A stretch of 64,000 nt of DNA from Bacteroidota bacterium (GTDB lineage Bacteria > Bacteroidota > Bacteroidia > CAILMK01): assembly GCA_036846145.1 (NCBI GenBank), contig DAIUCM010000003.1, positions 7,022 through 71,021 of the forward strand, given 5' to 3'. Positions 19,950-30,589 of this stretch are shown here, one piece after another; the stretch's first letter is position 1; each line of letters begins with the position of its first letter. A model generated the notes under the pieces. It had not been told where the DNA came from. It saw only the letters and a list, made by a program, of their open reading frames with translations, and did not search any database. The position numbers were made by a program, and so were the translations under genes.

Positions 19950-21869
19950 ATGGCAAAAATAACAACCAAAACCCTCACCGAAACGGAACGCATAGAAATC
20001 ATTGAAAAATCCGCTCGAACTGTAGGTCGTGCCGTGTTTTTTTCCATATTAGTTACACTTGTTTCTTTCGCGCCCATTCTATTCCTGGAAGGCCAGGAAA
20101 AAAAGCTGTTCAGCCCGCTGGTCATAACCAAAACATTTACCATGATCGGTTCCGCATTGGTAGCTATACTTATTGTACCTATGCTGATGCGGACTTTCAT
20201 TAAAGGCAAGTTAATCCCCGAAAGTAAAAATCCTATTTCGCGCTTTTTTATCAGAATTTACAGCCCCATATTGCGCTGGTGTTTACATTTTAAAATGTTC
20301 ACCTTGGCCATCGCGCTGCTCATCTTCCTGGGAAGTATTCCGCTGTTGTTGAGGTTAGGCTCAGAGTTTATGCCGCCGCTGGATGAAGGAAGCCTTTTGT
20401 TTATGCCGGTTACTTTGCCTGATGTTTCCAATTCTGAAGCAAAAAGAATTCTCCAGGTGCAGGATAAAATCATAAAATCGGTACCTGAAGTGGAAAATGT
20501 TTTGGGCAAAGCCGGAAGAGCTTATACAGCTACAGATAATGCGCCTATGAGCATGATAGAAAGTATCATATTGCTAAAGCCAAGAGATCAATGGCGGCCA
20601 GGTTTGAGTAAGGAAGATTTAATCGCAGAACTGAACCAGAAAGTACAGATTCCCGGTGTAACCAATGGCTGGACGCAGCCTATCATCAACCGTATTAATA
20701 TGCTTTCTACCGGTATCCGTACCGATGTTGGAATAAAAGTTTATGGACAAAATTTAGATACGATTTATAACATATCCAGGGAAATTGAAAAAGCGCTTGA
20801 TGGGGTTTCCGGACTTGCAGATTTGTATGTCGAACAACTTACAGGCGGGAAATACCTGGACCTGCAACTTGACCGGGCAAAAATGCAGCGTTACGGGCTT
20901 ACAATAGATGATGTAAACATGGTTATAGAATCTGCCATAGGCGGAATGGTGGTTTCGCAAACAGTGGAAGGCAGGGAACGATTCAGTGTAAGTTTGCGCA
21001 TGGCGCAGGAATACAGAAATGATATTGATGCGCTGAAACGCATACCCGTACAAACACAAAACTTCGGCGCTGTGCCTTTATCAAGTATTGTTGATTTGAA
21101 AATCACAGAAGGCCCGCCAATGATAAGTTCCGAAGATGCCATGCTGCGAGGAACGGTACTTTTTAATGTGCGTGGCAGAGATATGGGCAGCGTGGTGAAT
21201 GACGCAAAAAAACGCATCGAAGACCATTTTAAACAATTGCCGCAGGGATATTATATCAACTGGAGCGGCCAATGGGAAAACCAGGTTCGCGCTACGCAAA
21301 GGTTAAAAATCATTATTCCTATCGTTCTGGTAATCATCGCTTTTATTCTGTATTTCACATTCAAATCGGCTACCGAAATGGCTATTGTATTGAGCAGCTT
21401 ACCCATTGCATTGATAGGTGGTGTATATTCACTCTATTTTTACGATGTGAACCTATCAGTTGCTGTTGCGGTAGGTTTTATCGCACTGTTTGGCGTGGCT
21501 GTAGAAACCGGTGTTCTGATGATTGTTTACATGAATGAATCCATCGGCAAACTCGCTGAGAATAAAGGAAATAACAGCCATAATATCCATAATGAAGATA
21601 TAAAACAGGCTGTTTTTGATGGCGCGGTATTAAGGGTTCGGCCAAAACTTATGACGGTAATGGCTGATATGTTTGGCTTGCTGCCTGTTTTGTTCGCGGT
21701 TGGCGTGGGCAGCGATGTTATGAAACCGATTACCATCCCATTCGTTTTTGGCCTTATTTCATCTACACTTTATGTATTGATTGTATTACCGGTAATTTAC
21801 CAGTATGTTAAAGAATATGAACTCCGTAAACATGGCAAGTTGCATTACCTCAAGGACTTAAATGATTAA
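19950..21869 (+). CDS. cusA: CusA-family RND permease, C-terminal part (TM5-12)
   Basis: ATG one base after the upstream TAA; EFMPPLDEGSLL, NGWTQPI..RI.MLSTG, RVRPKLMT. Confidence 0.88.
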   Translation: MAKITTKTLTETERIEIIEKSARTVGRAVFFSILVTLVSFAPILFLEGQEKKLFSPLVITKTFTMIGSALVAILIVPMLMRTFIKGKLIPESKNPISRFFIRIYSPILRWCLHFKMFTLAIALLIFLGSIPLLLRLGSEFMPPLDEGSLLFMPVTLPDVSNSEAKRILQVQDKIIKSVPEVENVLGKAGRAYTATDNAPMSMIESIILLKPRDQWRPGLSKEDLIAELNQKVQIPGVTNGWTQPIINRINMLSTGIRTDVGIKVYGQNLDTIYNISREIEKALDGVSGLADLYVEQLTGGKYLDLQLDRAKMQRYGLTIDDVNMVIESAIGGMVVSQTVEGRERFSVSLRMAQEYRNDIDALKRIPVQTQNFGAVPLSSIVDLKITEGPPMISSEDAMLRGTVLFNVRGRDMGSVVNDAKKRIEDHFKQLPQGYYINWSGQWENQVRATQRLKIIIPIVLVIIAFILYFTFKSATEMAIVLSSLPIALIGGVYSLYFYDVNLSVAVAVGFIALFGVAVETGVLMIVYMNESIGKLAENKGNNSHNIHNEDIKQAVFDGAVLRVRPKLMTVMADMFGLLPVLFAVGVGSDVMKPITIPFVFGLISSTLYVLIVLPVIYQYVKEYELRKHGKLHYLKDLND

Positions 21870-21872
21870 CCC

Positions 21873-23114
21873 ATGAAGTATTTTTTGAGCATAATATATA
21901 TGGGATTTGTGCTTCTATCGCTGCCGGTAAAAGCGCAGGATTCTGTACAAACACTCCGGGATATTTTAAGCAAAATAGAAACTGAATACCCGCAAGTATT
22001 GCAATATAACTCAAAAGTGGAAGCGCTGAAATACAGGGCGAAGGGATCAAAAAGCTGGATGCCACCAACGGTATCTTTTGGCGTGGACAGGTTTCCGTAT
22101 AATCCTATGATGCTGAGCGAGGAATCGCCGATGAACCAGGCGGGATTGATGTTTTCCGTTGAACAAATGTTTCCAATTCCATCGAAACAAAACGCAAAAA
22201 GCAGCTATTACAACGCGCTAACCAAAGTGGAAGAAAGCAACCAGGCCTGGACAAAAAATACGCTTCGTTTACAGGCGCGGTTATTTTATTACAACCAATA
22301 TGTTACACTCAGGAAACTTCAAATTCTAAATGAAAATGAATCGGTTATAAAGCTTTTTATAGAATCTGCCGAAGTGCGTTATGTGCATAACCAGGCGGAA
22401 TTGGGATCGGTTTTTAAAGCGAAAGCGCGGCTGGCTGAATTGCAAAACATGAAAACCATGCTTTATATGGCATTGGCTGAAAACCGTATCGGCATGAATA
22501 TTCTGCTGGGTAACCCAAGCGCAGATACATTAAAAATAGATACCTCGCAATATTCGGTTTCACTGATGCAATTTTCTGATACAAGTCTGGCTAACCGGAG
22601 CGATATTCAATCCATGACGAACATGATAAAAGCCATGGAAGAAGAGCGTAAATTGATGTCGCTGGGAAGAAAACCAGAATTTGGTGTTCGTTTCAATCAC
22701 ATGCAGATGTTTGGTATGCCCAACCAATATTCTGTAATGGGAATGATGACGATACCTATTGTGCCTTGGTCATCTGGAATGTACAAAAATGACGTTCTGG
22801 CCATGAATTCAGAAATAAAATCTACAGAATTTGAGCGTGAAAGTATGCAGCGCATGGCAACGCGCATGAGCCAGGAAAAAACCGCCATGCATTTCTACCA
22901 GAAGCAACAATTTCAGAATTATAACCAAAGCATAATTCCCGCTTACCGCAAAAACCTGGAAGCGAACCTGATTGCCTGGAAACAGAATACCGCCACCTTT
23001 TTTGTGCTGCTGGATAGTTGGGAAATGCTGCTGATGAAACAACTGGAAGCGGAAGACAAATTGCAGGAACTCTATAAATTACAGGCAGAGGTATTGTATG
23101 AACTGGAGAAATAA
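21873..23114 (+). CDS. TolC-family outer-membrane efflux protein, Met-rich
   Basis: Signal peptide, OEP helical repeats, position in cus operon. Confidence 0.8.
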   Translation: MKYFLSIIYMGFVLLSLPVKAQDSVQTLRDILSKIETEYPQVLQYNSKVEALKYRAKGSKSWMPPTVSFGVDRFPYNPMMLSEESPMNQAGLMFSVEQMFPIPSKQNAKSSYYNALTKVEESNQAWTKNTLRLQARLFYYNQYVTLRKLQILNENESVIKLFIESAEVRYVHNQAELGSVFKAKARLAELQNMKTMLYMALAENRIGMNILLGNPSADTLKIDTSQYSVSLMQFSDTSLANRSDIQSMTNMIKAMEEERKLMSLGRKPEFGVRFNHMQMFGMPNQYSVMGMMTIPIVPWSSGMYKNDVLAMNSEIKSTEFERESMQRMATRMSQEKTAMHFYQKQQFQNYNQSIIPAYRKNLEANLIAWKQNTATFFVLLDSWEMLLMKQLEAEDKLQELYKLQAEVLYELEK

Positions 23115-24333
23115 AATACCAATATACTTCCGGAAACACAAAGCATTTTTTACGCTTTGCATATATGGAATATTGCTTTTTACTGCCTGTAAAGAGCGCG
23201 ATGAACATGAAGGCCATTATACAGATTTAACGAAAAAAGAAAACCTTGATTCTCTGCTGGGAGAATTGAATGAAAATCCTAACCACACCGTAATTTCCTC
23301 GCAGCCCACAGTAAAAGTAACTGAAGGTGGCGGAAATACTTCAATAGCGCTAAATGGTATTATTGGCTTTGATGAGCGCCGCACAAACGTTGTTCCTGCG
23401 CGAATTGGCGGCAGAATTGAAGAAATTTATGTGCGGTATAATTACCAGTTCGTAACAAAAGGCCAGCCTGTTTTATCGGTTTACAGTCCAGAACTTAACA
23501 CTTACCTGGAACAGTATATCAATCTGTTTAAAGATGGCAATGACCAAAGGATGCTGAAATTAACTTTCGATAAATTGATCCTGCTTGGCTTAACAGAAGG
23601 TCAAATTCGGCAAATGGAAAAATCAGGAAAATTGCCGCGTAAAGTTGTTTTCTACTCACCGTACGCTGGTTATGTACGTTTGGAAAATAGCGCAACAGCA
23701 TCAATGAATAATCCATCATCATCTTCATCGTCAGATGAAATGGCTGGCATGGAAGCGCCTGGTGATCAAACTGATCAAAATTCAACAACAGGAAATATTC
23801 CTTTGCAGCCGGGCGTATATATACAAGAAGGGCAAACGCTTTTCTCTGTGAACGATATATCCCAGGTTTGGGCTATTTTGTCTGTTCCTGCTGAGTCGGT
23901 TTCCGCCTTAAAAATTGGATATCCGGTAACTTTACAGGTGGAAGGTTTCCGTGAAAAAATTCAGGGCAAAATAGATTTTATTGAACCTTTATTTTCCGTA
24001 AAAAGCCGGTTTAGCGGCGTACGTGTTTACCTTGATAATCCTGGAAAAAATCTGAAAATCAACAGCCTGGTAAGTGCGGAAATCAAAGCATTTTCAGCGG
24101 ATGGCATTTATGTACCTGCATCTGCCGTTTATAGTTTGGGGCGTGAAAAAATAGTCTGGCTAAAAACCGGCACACAGCATAACCAAAATATTTTTGGAGT
24201 GCGGAAAGTTAAAACCGGCGCAGAAGCGAATGGTAAAATACAAATAAAATCCGGCCTAAAACAAGGTGATGAAATTGCTGAGAACGCAGCGTATTTAATT
24301 GATAGTGAAGGCTTGATAAAACTTGAGCGATGA
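23098..24333 (+). CDS. CusB-like periplasmic adaptor 1 (lipoprotein)
   Basis: GRIEEIYV...V.KGQP...YSPEL; VPASAV; GL..GD.I...A.YLIDSE. Confidence 0.85.
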   Translation: MNWRNKIPIYFRKHKAFFTLCIYGILLFTACKERDEHEGHYTDLTKKENLDSLLGELNENPNHTVISSQPTVKVTEGGGNTSIALNGIIGFDERRTNVVPARIGGRIEEIYVRYNYQFVTKGQPVLSVYSPELNTYLEQYINLFKDGNDQRMLKLTFDKLILLGLTEGQIRQMEKSGKLPRKVVFYSPYAGYVRLENSATASMNNPSSSSSSDEMAGMEAPGDQTDQNSTTGNIPLQPGVYIQEGQTLFSVNDISQVWAILSVPAESVSALKIGYPVTLQVEGFREKIQGKIDFIEPLFSVKSRFSGVRVYLDNPGKNLKINSLVSAEIKAFSADGIYVPASAVYSLGREKIVWLKTGTQHNQNIFGVRKVKTGAEANGKIQIKSGLKQGDEIAENAAYLIDSEGLIKLER

Positions 24334-25541
24334 AAATCACAATTTACATATTGTTTATATTTATCATAACTGTTGTTCTTGCCAGCACTTATGGTTGTAA
24401 TTCTTCGAATGAACATGCAAATCACCAGTCTGAGGAAGTTTATACCTGCCCCATGCACCCCAGCGTAAGATCAGACAGGCCGGCGGCATGTCCTATTTGC
24501 GGAATGGACCTGGTAAAAATTACCGAGATGCCATCTGCCGATACACCCGGTGCTGAAAACGTTGTTTTCCTGATGCCGCGGCAGCAAATTCTTGCCAATA
24601 TCAAAACCGAAAAAGTGCAATACAGGGAAATTGGCGAGCATAATCTTTTACTTGGAACGGTGGCCGTTGATCCGCGCACAAGTACGGCAATTACAGCAAA
24701 AGTGCCGGGACGAATAGAAAAATTATACGTGAGAAATCCGCTGCAAAAAGTATTTTCCGGGCAACCTATATATGACATTTACAGCGAGGAATTATTGGTA
24801 GATCAGAAGGAATTTTTGCTAAGTTACGCGAAATGGAGATCAAATACTGATAATGAAACGCTGAAGCTGATGTACGAGGCTTCGAAAAACAAATTGCTGC
24901 TTTGGGGAATGAACCAGCCGCAAATCAACAACCTGGCAAATACGGGTAAAGCTGCCGCTACAACAACTTTTTATAGCCCTGAAAATGGCGTTTTACAAAG
25001 TAGTGAAATTAAAGAAGGGCAATATGTGCAGGCCGGCTCAACTATTGCCAGCATTACAAAACTTAGCAATATATGGGTGGAAGCGCAGGTTTACGCCGAA
25101 GAATTTTCGCTGTTGCAAAAAAATCCTGAAGTATTTATTGAAGCCGAAGCGCTCAACGAACCTATAAAAGGAAAACTGGTATTTGAAAATCCTTCTATTG
25201 AGGAAACTACCAGGCTTAACATTGCCAGGTTCCAGGTAGAAAACCCTGGTGGAAAATTACAGCCCAGCATGATGGTTTATGTCCGTTTGCAAAGTGCGGG
25301 TAAAAGAGGTTTGGTTATTCCAAAATCTGCACTTTTACCTGAAAAAATGCCAACGGTTTGGGTAAAAATTGGTGATGATGCCTTTGAACGGCGCATGGTA
25401 AAAACAGGAACTGGAAACCGCAGTTTTGTTGAGATTATTGAAGGCGTAAAAGAGAAAGAAAAAATAGTTGTTTCCGGTGCATATCTGATTAATAGTGAAT
25501 TCGTTCTGAAAAAAGGTGGGGCACAAAAACATAATCATTAA
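24330..25541 (+). CDS. CusB-like periplasmic adaptor 2 with N-terminal heavy-metal-binding domain
   Basis: YTCPMHP...CPICGMDL followed by adaptor core. Confidence 0.88.
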   Translation: MKITIYILFIFIITVVLASTYGCNSSNEHANHQSEEVYTCPMHPSVRSDRPAACPICGMDLVKITEMPSADTPGAENVVFLMPRQQILANIKTEKVQYREIGEHNLLLGTVAVDPRTSTAITAKVPGRIEKLYVRNPLQKVFSGQPIYDIYSEELLVDQKEFLLSYAKWRSNTDNETLKLMYEASKNKLLLWGMNQPQINNLANTGKAAATTTFYSPENGVLQSSEIKEGQYVQAGSTIASITKLSNIWVEAQVYAEEFSLLQKNPEVFIEAEALNEPIKGKLVFENPSIEETTRLNIARFQVENPGGKLQPSMMVYVRLQSAGKRGLVIPKSALLPEKMPTVWVKIGDDAFERRMVKTGTGNRSFVEIIEGVKEKEKIVVSGAYLINSEFVLKKGGAQKHNH

Positions 25542-25567
25542 TATTTCATCAAAATAAAATATATAGC

Positions 25568-25601
25568 TGACAAAAGTCATCACTTTAATTGACTATCATC
25601 A
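25568..25601. promoter_or_regulatory. Tandem FNR/CRP-like boxes (TGAY-N4-RTCA), 22 bp apart
   Basis: TGACAAAAGTCA 25568-25579; TGACTATCATCA 25590-25601. Confidence 0.55.
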
Positions 25602-25649
25602 GGTTAATTCTACGCAATTTGTTAGAAGTTGCAATGAATTTCAAACCTG

Positions 25650-26519
25650 ATGAAACATTTCAAAAATAATATTTCCGTTACAAAAGCTTCCGGCAGATCA
25701 GAGCCTTTCGATATTGAAAAATTAATTCGCTCCCTTTCAAAATCCGGCGCTAATAAAGATGAAATAAATGCCGTTATCAAGGAAATTGAGCCATTTTTAC
25801 ATCCCGGAATAAAAACAAAAAAAATATACAAACTCGCTTATAAAATACTTCGCAATATTGCTAAACCCGTTGCCGGAAAATATAAACTTAAAGCTGCCAT
25901 CATGGAGCTTGGGCCTTCCGGTTATCCATTTGAACGTTTTGTTGCAGCTATTTTAAATCACCAGGGCTTTGTAACCCAAACCGGCGTTATTGTACAGGGG
26001 AAATGTGTAAAACATGAGATCGATGTTATCGCTGAAAAAGATGATAAACATTTCATGATAGAATGTAAATATCATAACCAGCTTGGCACGGTAAGCGATG
26101 TAAAAATTCCTTTATATATCAATTCACGCTTTAAAGATGTGGAAGCAAGCTGGGTGAAATTACCAGGGCATGATGTAAAACTGCACCAGGGCTGGGTTGT
26201 AACAAACACAAAATTCAGTTCCGATGCTATACAATACGGCAATTGTGCAGGCTTGCATTTGGTAGGCTGGGATTATCCGCATAAGAATAGTTTGAATGTG
26301 CAAATTGAACGTTTAGGCTTATACCCAATTACATGCCTCACAACCTTAACCAAAAGCGAAAAACACAGGCTGCTGGAAAATAAAATTGTATTGTGCAGCG
26401 AAATCTGCGCAAATCCAATATTCCTGAAAGATGCCGGCGTCAGCGATCAGCGAATGAATAGCGTTCTAAATGAAGGAAAGTCACTTTGCCAGTCGAACTC
26501 AAACCATTTCCACAGCTAA
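25650..26519 (+). CDS. ATP-cone domain fused to an Mrr-like PD-(D/E)XK nuclease domain
   Basis: N-terminal V.K.SG..E.FD.EKL..SL ATP-cone; FE...HEIDVIA...IECKYH nuclease motif. Confidence 0.82.
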   Translation: MKHFKNNISVTKASGRSEPFDIEKLIRSLSKSGANKDEINAVIKEIEPFLHPGIKTKKIYKLAYKILRNIAKPVAGKYKLKAAIMELGPSGYPFERFVAAILNHQGFVTQTGVIVQGKCVKHEIDVIAEKDDKHFMIECKYHNQLGTVSDVKIPLYINSRFKDVEASWVKLPGHDVKLHQGWVVTNTKFSSDAIQYGNCAGLHLVGWDYPHKNSLNVQIERLGLYPITCLTTLTKSEKHRLLENKIVLCSEICANPIFLKDAGVSDQRMNSVLNEGKSLCQSNSNHFHS

Positions 26520-26525
26520 GCTTAT

Positions 26526-29150
26526 ATGTACCACTCCATTACAATAGAGCAGGCCGCGCAAAAGTTAAATGCTGATTTAGAAAAAGGTTTAACCCATAAA
26601 GAAGCGGCGCAAAGGCTGGAAAAATATGGCTCTAATTTAATTACCCAAGGTTCTATTCGCAGCGCCTGGCAAATTTTGCTAAGCCAGTTTAAAAGCCCTA
26701 TTGTTTATTTACTGCTTTTTGCAACGGCGGTTTCATTCTGGTTCCAGGAATGGCTCGATGCTTCTGCCATTTTGGTTGTGTTGTTTGTTAATTCCATTAT
26801 TGGTTTTTACATGGAATACAGGGCGCAAAAATCCATGCTCTCGCTCAGGCGCCTGTCTTCTGTTTTAGTAAAAGCATTTCGCGACGGTAAAATATATGAG
26901 ATAAACTCTGATGATATTGTGCCCGGCGATGTTGTGTTTGTAGAAGCCGGCGATGTAATTCCGGCAGATACCAGGATTATACGATCTGCGCAGCTATTAA
27001 TAGATGAATCTGCATTAACAGGCGAATCCGTTCCCGTAGAAAAATCACAAGGCATATTAAATGAAAATACAATACTTGCGGAACGCACAAACAGCGCTTA
27101 CAAAGGAACGCATGTATCCAAAGGCAACGCTTACTTGCTTGTACATTCTACAGGTATGAATACTGAATTAGGCGCCATTGCAAACCTTGTCCAATCATCA
27201 GAACAGGCCGCCACGCCGCTCGAAAAAAAACTGGAAGACTTCAGTAAAAAACTTATAAAGATTACTGTCGCGCTTGTTGTCATAATATTGATAGCAGGAT
27301 TTATAAACGGCCAGAATTTCCTGGAAATGCTGGAAACTTCCATCGCTTTGGCGGTTGCTGCCATTCCTGAAGGCTTACCTATTGTAGCCACTTTAGCGCT
27401 TGCCCAAGGCATGTTAAAAATGGCGCAGTATAATGTGATCGTTAAAAAGCTTTCAGCGGTGGAAACACTTGGCGGAACAAACATAATATGTACCGACAAA
27501 ACAGGAACACTAACCCAGAATAAAATGGAAGTGGTTTTTATAGCCATGCCCGGTGAAAACTATTGGAAGAAAGAAGAAGAATTTACAGGTAATAAAGAAA
27601 TCATAGATGAAGTAATAAACTGTTCCGCGCTATGTAATACGGCGCAGGTTTATAAAGAAGAAAACCAGCTTAAAGAATCCGGCGATCCTCTTGAAATTGC
27701 TTTACTGCGTTGGGTAATTGACCAAAAACACGATATAGCTGAAATCCGTAATAACTTCCCAAAAAAGGATGAAGAGCCATTCAACAGTGAAACCAGAATT
27801 ATGGCAACGCTTCATCAAAAACAGGACAAATATTATGTTTATGCAAAAGGTGCGGCGGAAGAACTTTTGCTGAAATGTACCCATATATGGCATAACGAAA
27901 AAATGCTTTTAGATGAAGCTGCGAGAGAAAAATGGCTGATGAAAGCGCAGGAATATGCAGCTTCCGGACAGCGCCTTGTTGCTTTGGCTTATAGTGAAAA
28001 TGAAACGGAACCGAATGTATTAACTGAAAATCTGACCTTCCTGGGACTTGTTGGTATGATTGATCCGCCGAGGCCGGAAGTATTACAAGCCATAGCTGAT
28101 TGTAAAACCGCTGGAATAAAGGTGGTTATGATAACCGGCGATCATCCTTCTACCGCACAATATATCGGTAACCATTTAGGTATTTCAAAAGCTGAGGAGA
28201 AACCCATTACCGGTAAGGGTATGAAAGAATATGCTTCGTTAAACGATGAAGATAAAAAGCTGTGGCTCAGCACTTCTGTTTTTGCCCGTGTAAATCCCAA
28301 ACATAAACTCGACCTTGTTAGTGTTTTCCAGGAAAAAGGTTTTATTGTAGCCATGACCGGTGACGGAGTTAACGATGCGCCGGCACTCAAAAAGGCAGAT
28401 ATAGGTATAGCTATGGGGCAAAAAGGCACCCAGGTTGCACAGGAAGTAGCTGATATGGTTTTACAGGATGATTCTTTTTCTTCCATAGCTGTAGCTATCC
28501 GCCAGGGCAGAATTATTTTTGACAATATTAAAAAGTTCGTAACATTTCTTCTTTCGTGCAATTTAAGTGAACTGCTTGTGGTTGCGGCAGCGGCGGTATT
28601 AAACCTTCATTTCCAGCTAATTCCATTACAGATTTTATTCATAAACCTTATTACTGATGTTCTTCCCGCGCTTGCATTAAGCCTTACAAAAGGCAACAGC
28701 AACATCATGCAACAAAAACCAAGAAACACGGCGGAACCAATCATCAATTCCAGGCGATGGAAAATTATCTTCTTCTATGCTTTCGTTATTGCTTCAGCCA
28801 GTATTGCAGCAGTATTTTTCAATCATTATGTATATCATAAAAATAATGCCTGGGATGTTACGATGTGCAATAATATATTGTTTTTCACACTTATTTTCAG
28901 CCAGTTATTCCACGTGTTCAATATGGGCGATGGGCCATTTTATAACAATGAAGTAATAAAGAACAGCTACGTGTGGTACGCAACAACGGCTAATATTTTA
29001 ATTCTGATTATAGTGTTGAAAATTCCATTTGCACGGCAGACATTGGGCATAATTCTTATGACATGGGCTGAGTGGAAAATAATACTTACTGCTTCATTCG
29101 GATCAGTCTTTATCATCCAGTTGATCAAATCACTAAAAATCCTGAAATAA
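26526..29150 (+). CDS. Cation-translocating P2A-type (Ca2+-like) P-type ATPase
   Basis: TGES, IPEGLP, CTDKTGTLT, KGAAE, TGDGVNDAPAL, NLITD.LPALAL. Confidence 0.9.
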   Translation: MYHSITIEQAAQKLNADLEKGLTHKEAAQRLEKYGSNLITQGSIRSAWQILLSQFKSPIVYLLLFATAVSFWFQEWLDASAILVVLFVNSIIGFYMEYRAQKSMLSLRRLSSVLVKAFRDGKIYEINSDDIVPGDVVFVEAGDVIPADTRIIRSAQLLIDESALTGESVPVEKSQGILNENTILAERTNSAYKGTHVSKGNAYLLVHSTGMNTELGAIANLVQSSEQAATPLEKKLEDFSKKLIKITVALVVIILIAGFINGQNFLEMLETSIALAVAAIPEGLPIVATLALAQGMLKMAQYNVIVKKLSAVETLGGTNIICTDKTGTLTQNKMEVVFIAMPGENYWKKEEEFTGNKEIIDEVINCSALCNTAQVYKEENQLKESGDPLEIALLRWVIDQKHDIAEIRNNFPKKDEEPFNSETRIMATLHQKQDKYYVYAKGAAEELLLKCTHIWHNEKMLLDEAAREKWLMKAQEYAASGQRLVALAYSENETEPNVLTENLTFLGLVGMIDPPRPEVLQAIADCKTAGIKVVMITGDHPSTAQYIGNHLGISKAEEKPITGKGMKEYASLNDEDKKLWLSTSVFARVNPKHKLDLVSVFQEKGFIVAMTGDGVNDAPALKKADIGIAMGQKGTQVAQEVADMVLQDDSFSSIAVAIRQGRIIFDNIKKFVTFLLSCNLSELLVVAAAAVLNLHFQLIPLQILFINLITDVLPALALSLTKGNSNIMQQKPRNTAEPIINSRRWKIIFFYAFVIASASIAAVFFNHYVYHKNNAWDVTMCNNILFFTLIFSQLFHVFNMGDGPFYNNEVIKNSYVWYATTANILILIIVLKIPFARQTLGIILMTWAEWKIILTASFGSVFIIQLIKSLKILK

Positions 29151-30578
29151 ATGGCAACCACACAAACCAGTCTGCAATTTCTCGGCGCTGCGGGTACAGT
29201 AACTGGGTCTAAATACCTTTTGTCAATTGACGGATATAACATACTTATTGATTGCGGCCTCTTCCAGGGCGAAGATGAAAAACAGCACAATGAAAATGCC
29301 CTACGATCTCTCCCGCAAAATGTAGATTGCGTGTTGCTGACACATGCGCATCTGGACCATACCGGATTTTTACCCATGCTGATAAAAAAAGGCTTTACAG
29401 GAAAAGTTTACGGTACGAAGCCAACGCTTGAAATAACAGAAATTATTTTAAATGACAGCGCAAAAATTGCTGAAGAGGAATTAAAGCTATCCAGAAAGCA
29501 TCATAACAAGAAGCATAATAAACCGCTGCCGGATGATGAACCCTGGAAGTACGATCGTGAATTAGTGGATGCTACAGTCAAGTTGTTTTCCCCGGTAGAT
29601 ATAAACGAATGGATTTCAATTACTGATCATATTAAAGTTCGTTTCAGGTACAATGGCCATATTATAGGTGCTACTTTCATTGAAATAAATATTGATGGTA
29701 AAACAATTGTTTTTTCCGGAGACATTGGACGGCAAAACGATTTCCTTCTTTTTCCGCCGCAACAGCCTGAAAAGGCCGATATATTGATAATAGAATCTAC
29801 TTATGGCGACCGCAATCATCCAGATGATGTGGAAGGCCAGATTGAAAACCTGCTCATAGAGGCTTCAAAGCGAAATGGAACTATCATAATACCCAGTTTT
29901 GCGGTTGAACGTATGCAAATGCTGATGTATGTTTTATGGCAGATGCGTACGAAGGATAAAATCCCGAATATTCCTATTTACATGGATAGCCCGATGGGGA
30001 AAAATGTGCTTGAAATCTTCCATCATAATAATACCTGGCATAAGCTGCAACCAGAACTATGCACCCAAATGTGCGAGAATATAAAACTTGTAAGAACCGT
30101 ACAGGAAACTTATGAACTGGTAGATGACAAACGGCCTAAAATAATAATTGCAGGAAGCGGAATGGTTACCGGCGGCAGGGTTTTGACCTATTTGCAGTAT
30201 TATATACAGGACCCTTCCACAACTATTTTGCTGGCCGGATTCCAGGCGGAAGGCACTAATGGCAGGTTGTTACAGGAAGGCGTAAAAGAATTGCAGATAC
30301 GGGATAAATTATGTGCTGTAAACGCCACTGTTCACAGTATAGAAGGATTATCCGGCCACGCAGGTCAGGATGAACTGATAAATTGGATGAACAAGCTCGA
30401 AAAAATGCCAGAGAAAATATTTATCACGCATGGTGAAACCCCATCGAGAATGGGGCTGAAAGATAAGATTTTTGAAGTGTATGGCACAAACAGTGAAATA
30501 CCGCAAATAAACGAATGCGTTGAATTATTTAACCATGCGCATATAAAGGTTGATGAAAAAATGCTTACTGATCACTAA
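29151..30578 (+). CDS. MBL-fold beta-CASP nuclease (Ysh1/TTHA0252-like)
   Basis: LGAAGTVTGS, DCG, THAHLDH, GHIIGA, SGD, ESTYG, AGSGM..GGR, SGHA, HGE. Confidence 0.9.
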   Translation: MATTQTSLQFLGAAGTVTGSKYLLSIDGYNILIDCGLFQGEDEKQHNENALRSLPQNVDCVLLTHAHLDHTGFLPMLIKKGFTGKVYGTKPTLEITEIILNDSAKIAEEELKLSRKHHNKKHNKPLPDDEPWKYDRELVDATVKLFSPVDINEWISITDHIKVRFRYNGHIIGATFIEINIDGKTIVFSGDIGRQNDFLLFPPQQPEKADILIIESTYGDRNHPDDVEGQIENLLIEASKRNGTIIIPSFAVERMQMLMYVLWQMRTKDKIPNIPIYMDSPMGKNVLEIFHHNNTWHKLQPELCTQMCENIKLVRTVQETYELVDDKRPKIIIAGSGMVTGGRVLTYLQYYIQDPSTTILLAGFQAEGTNGRLLQEGVKELQIRDKLCAVNATVHSIEGLSGHAGQDELINWMNKLEKMPEKIFITHGETPSRMGLKDKIFEVYGTNSEIPQINECVELFNHAHIKVDEKMLTDH

Positions 30579-30589
30579 ATAATAATAAT

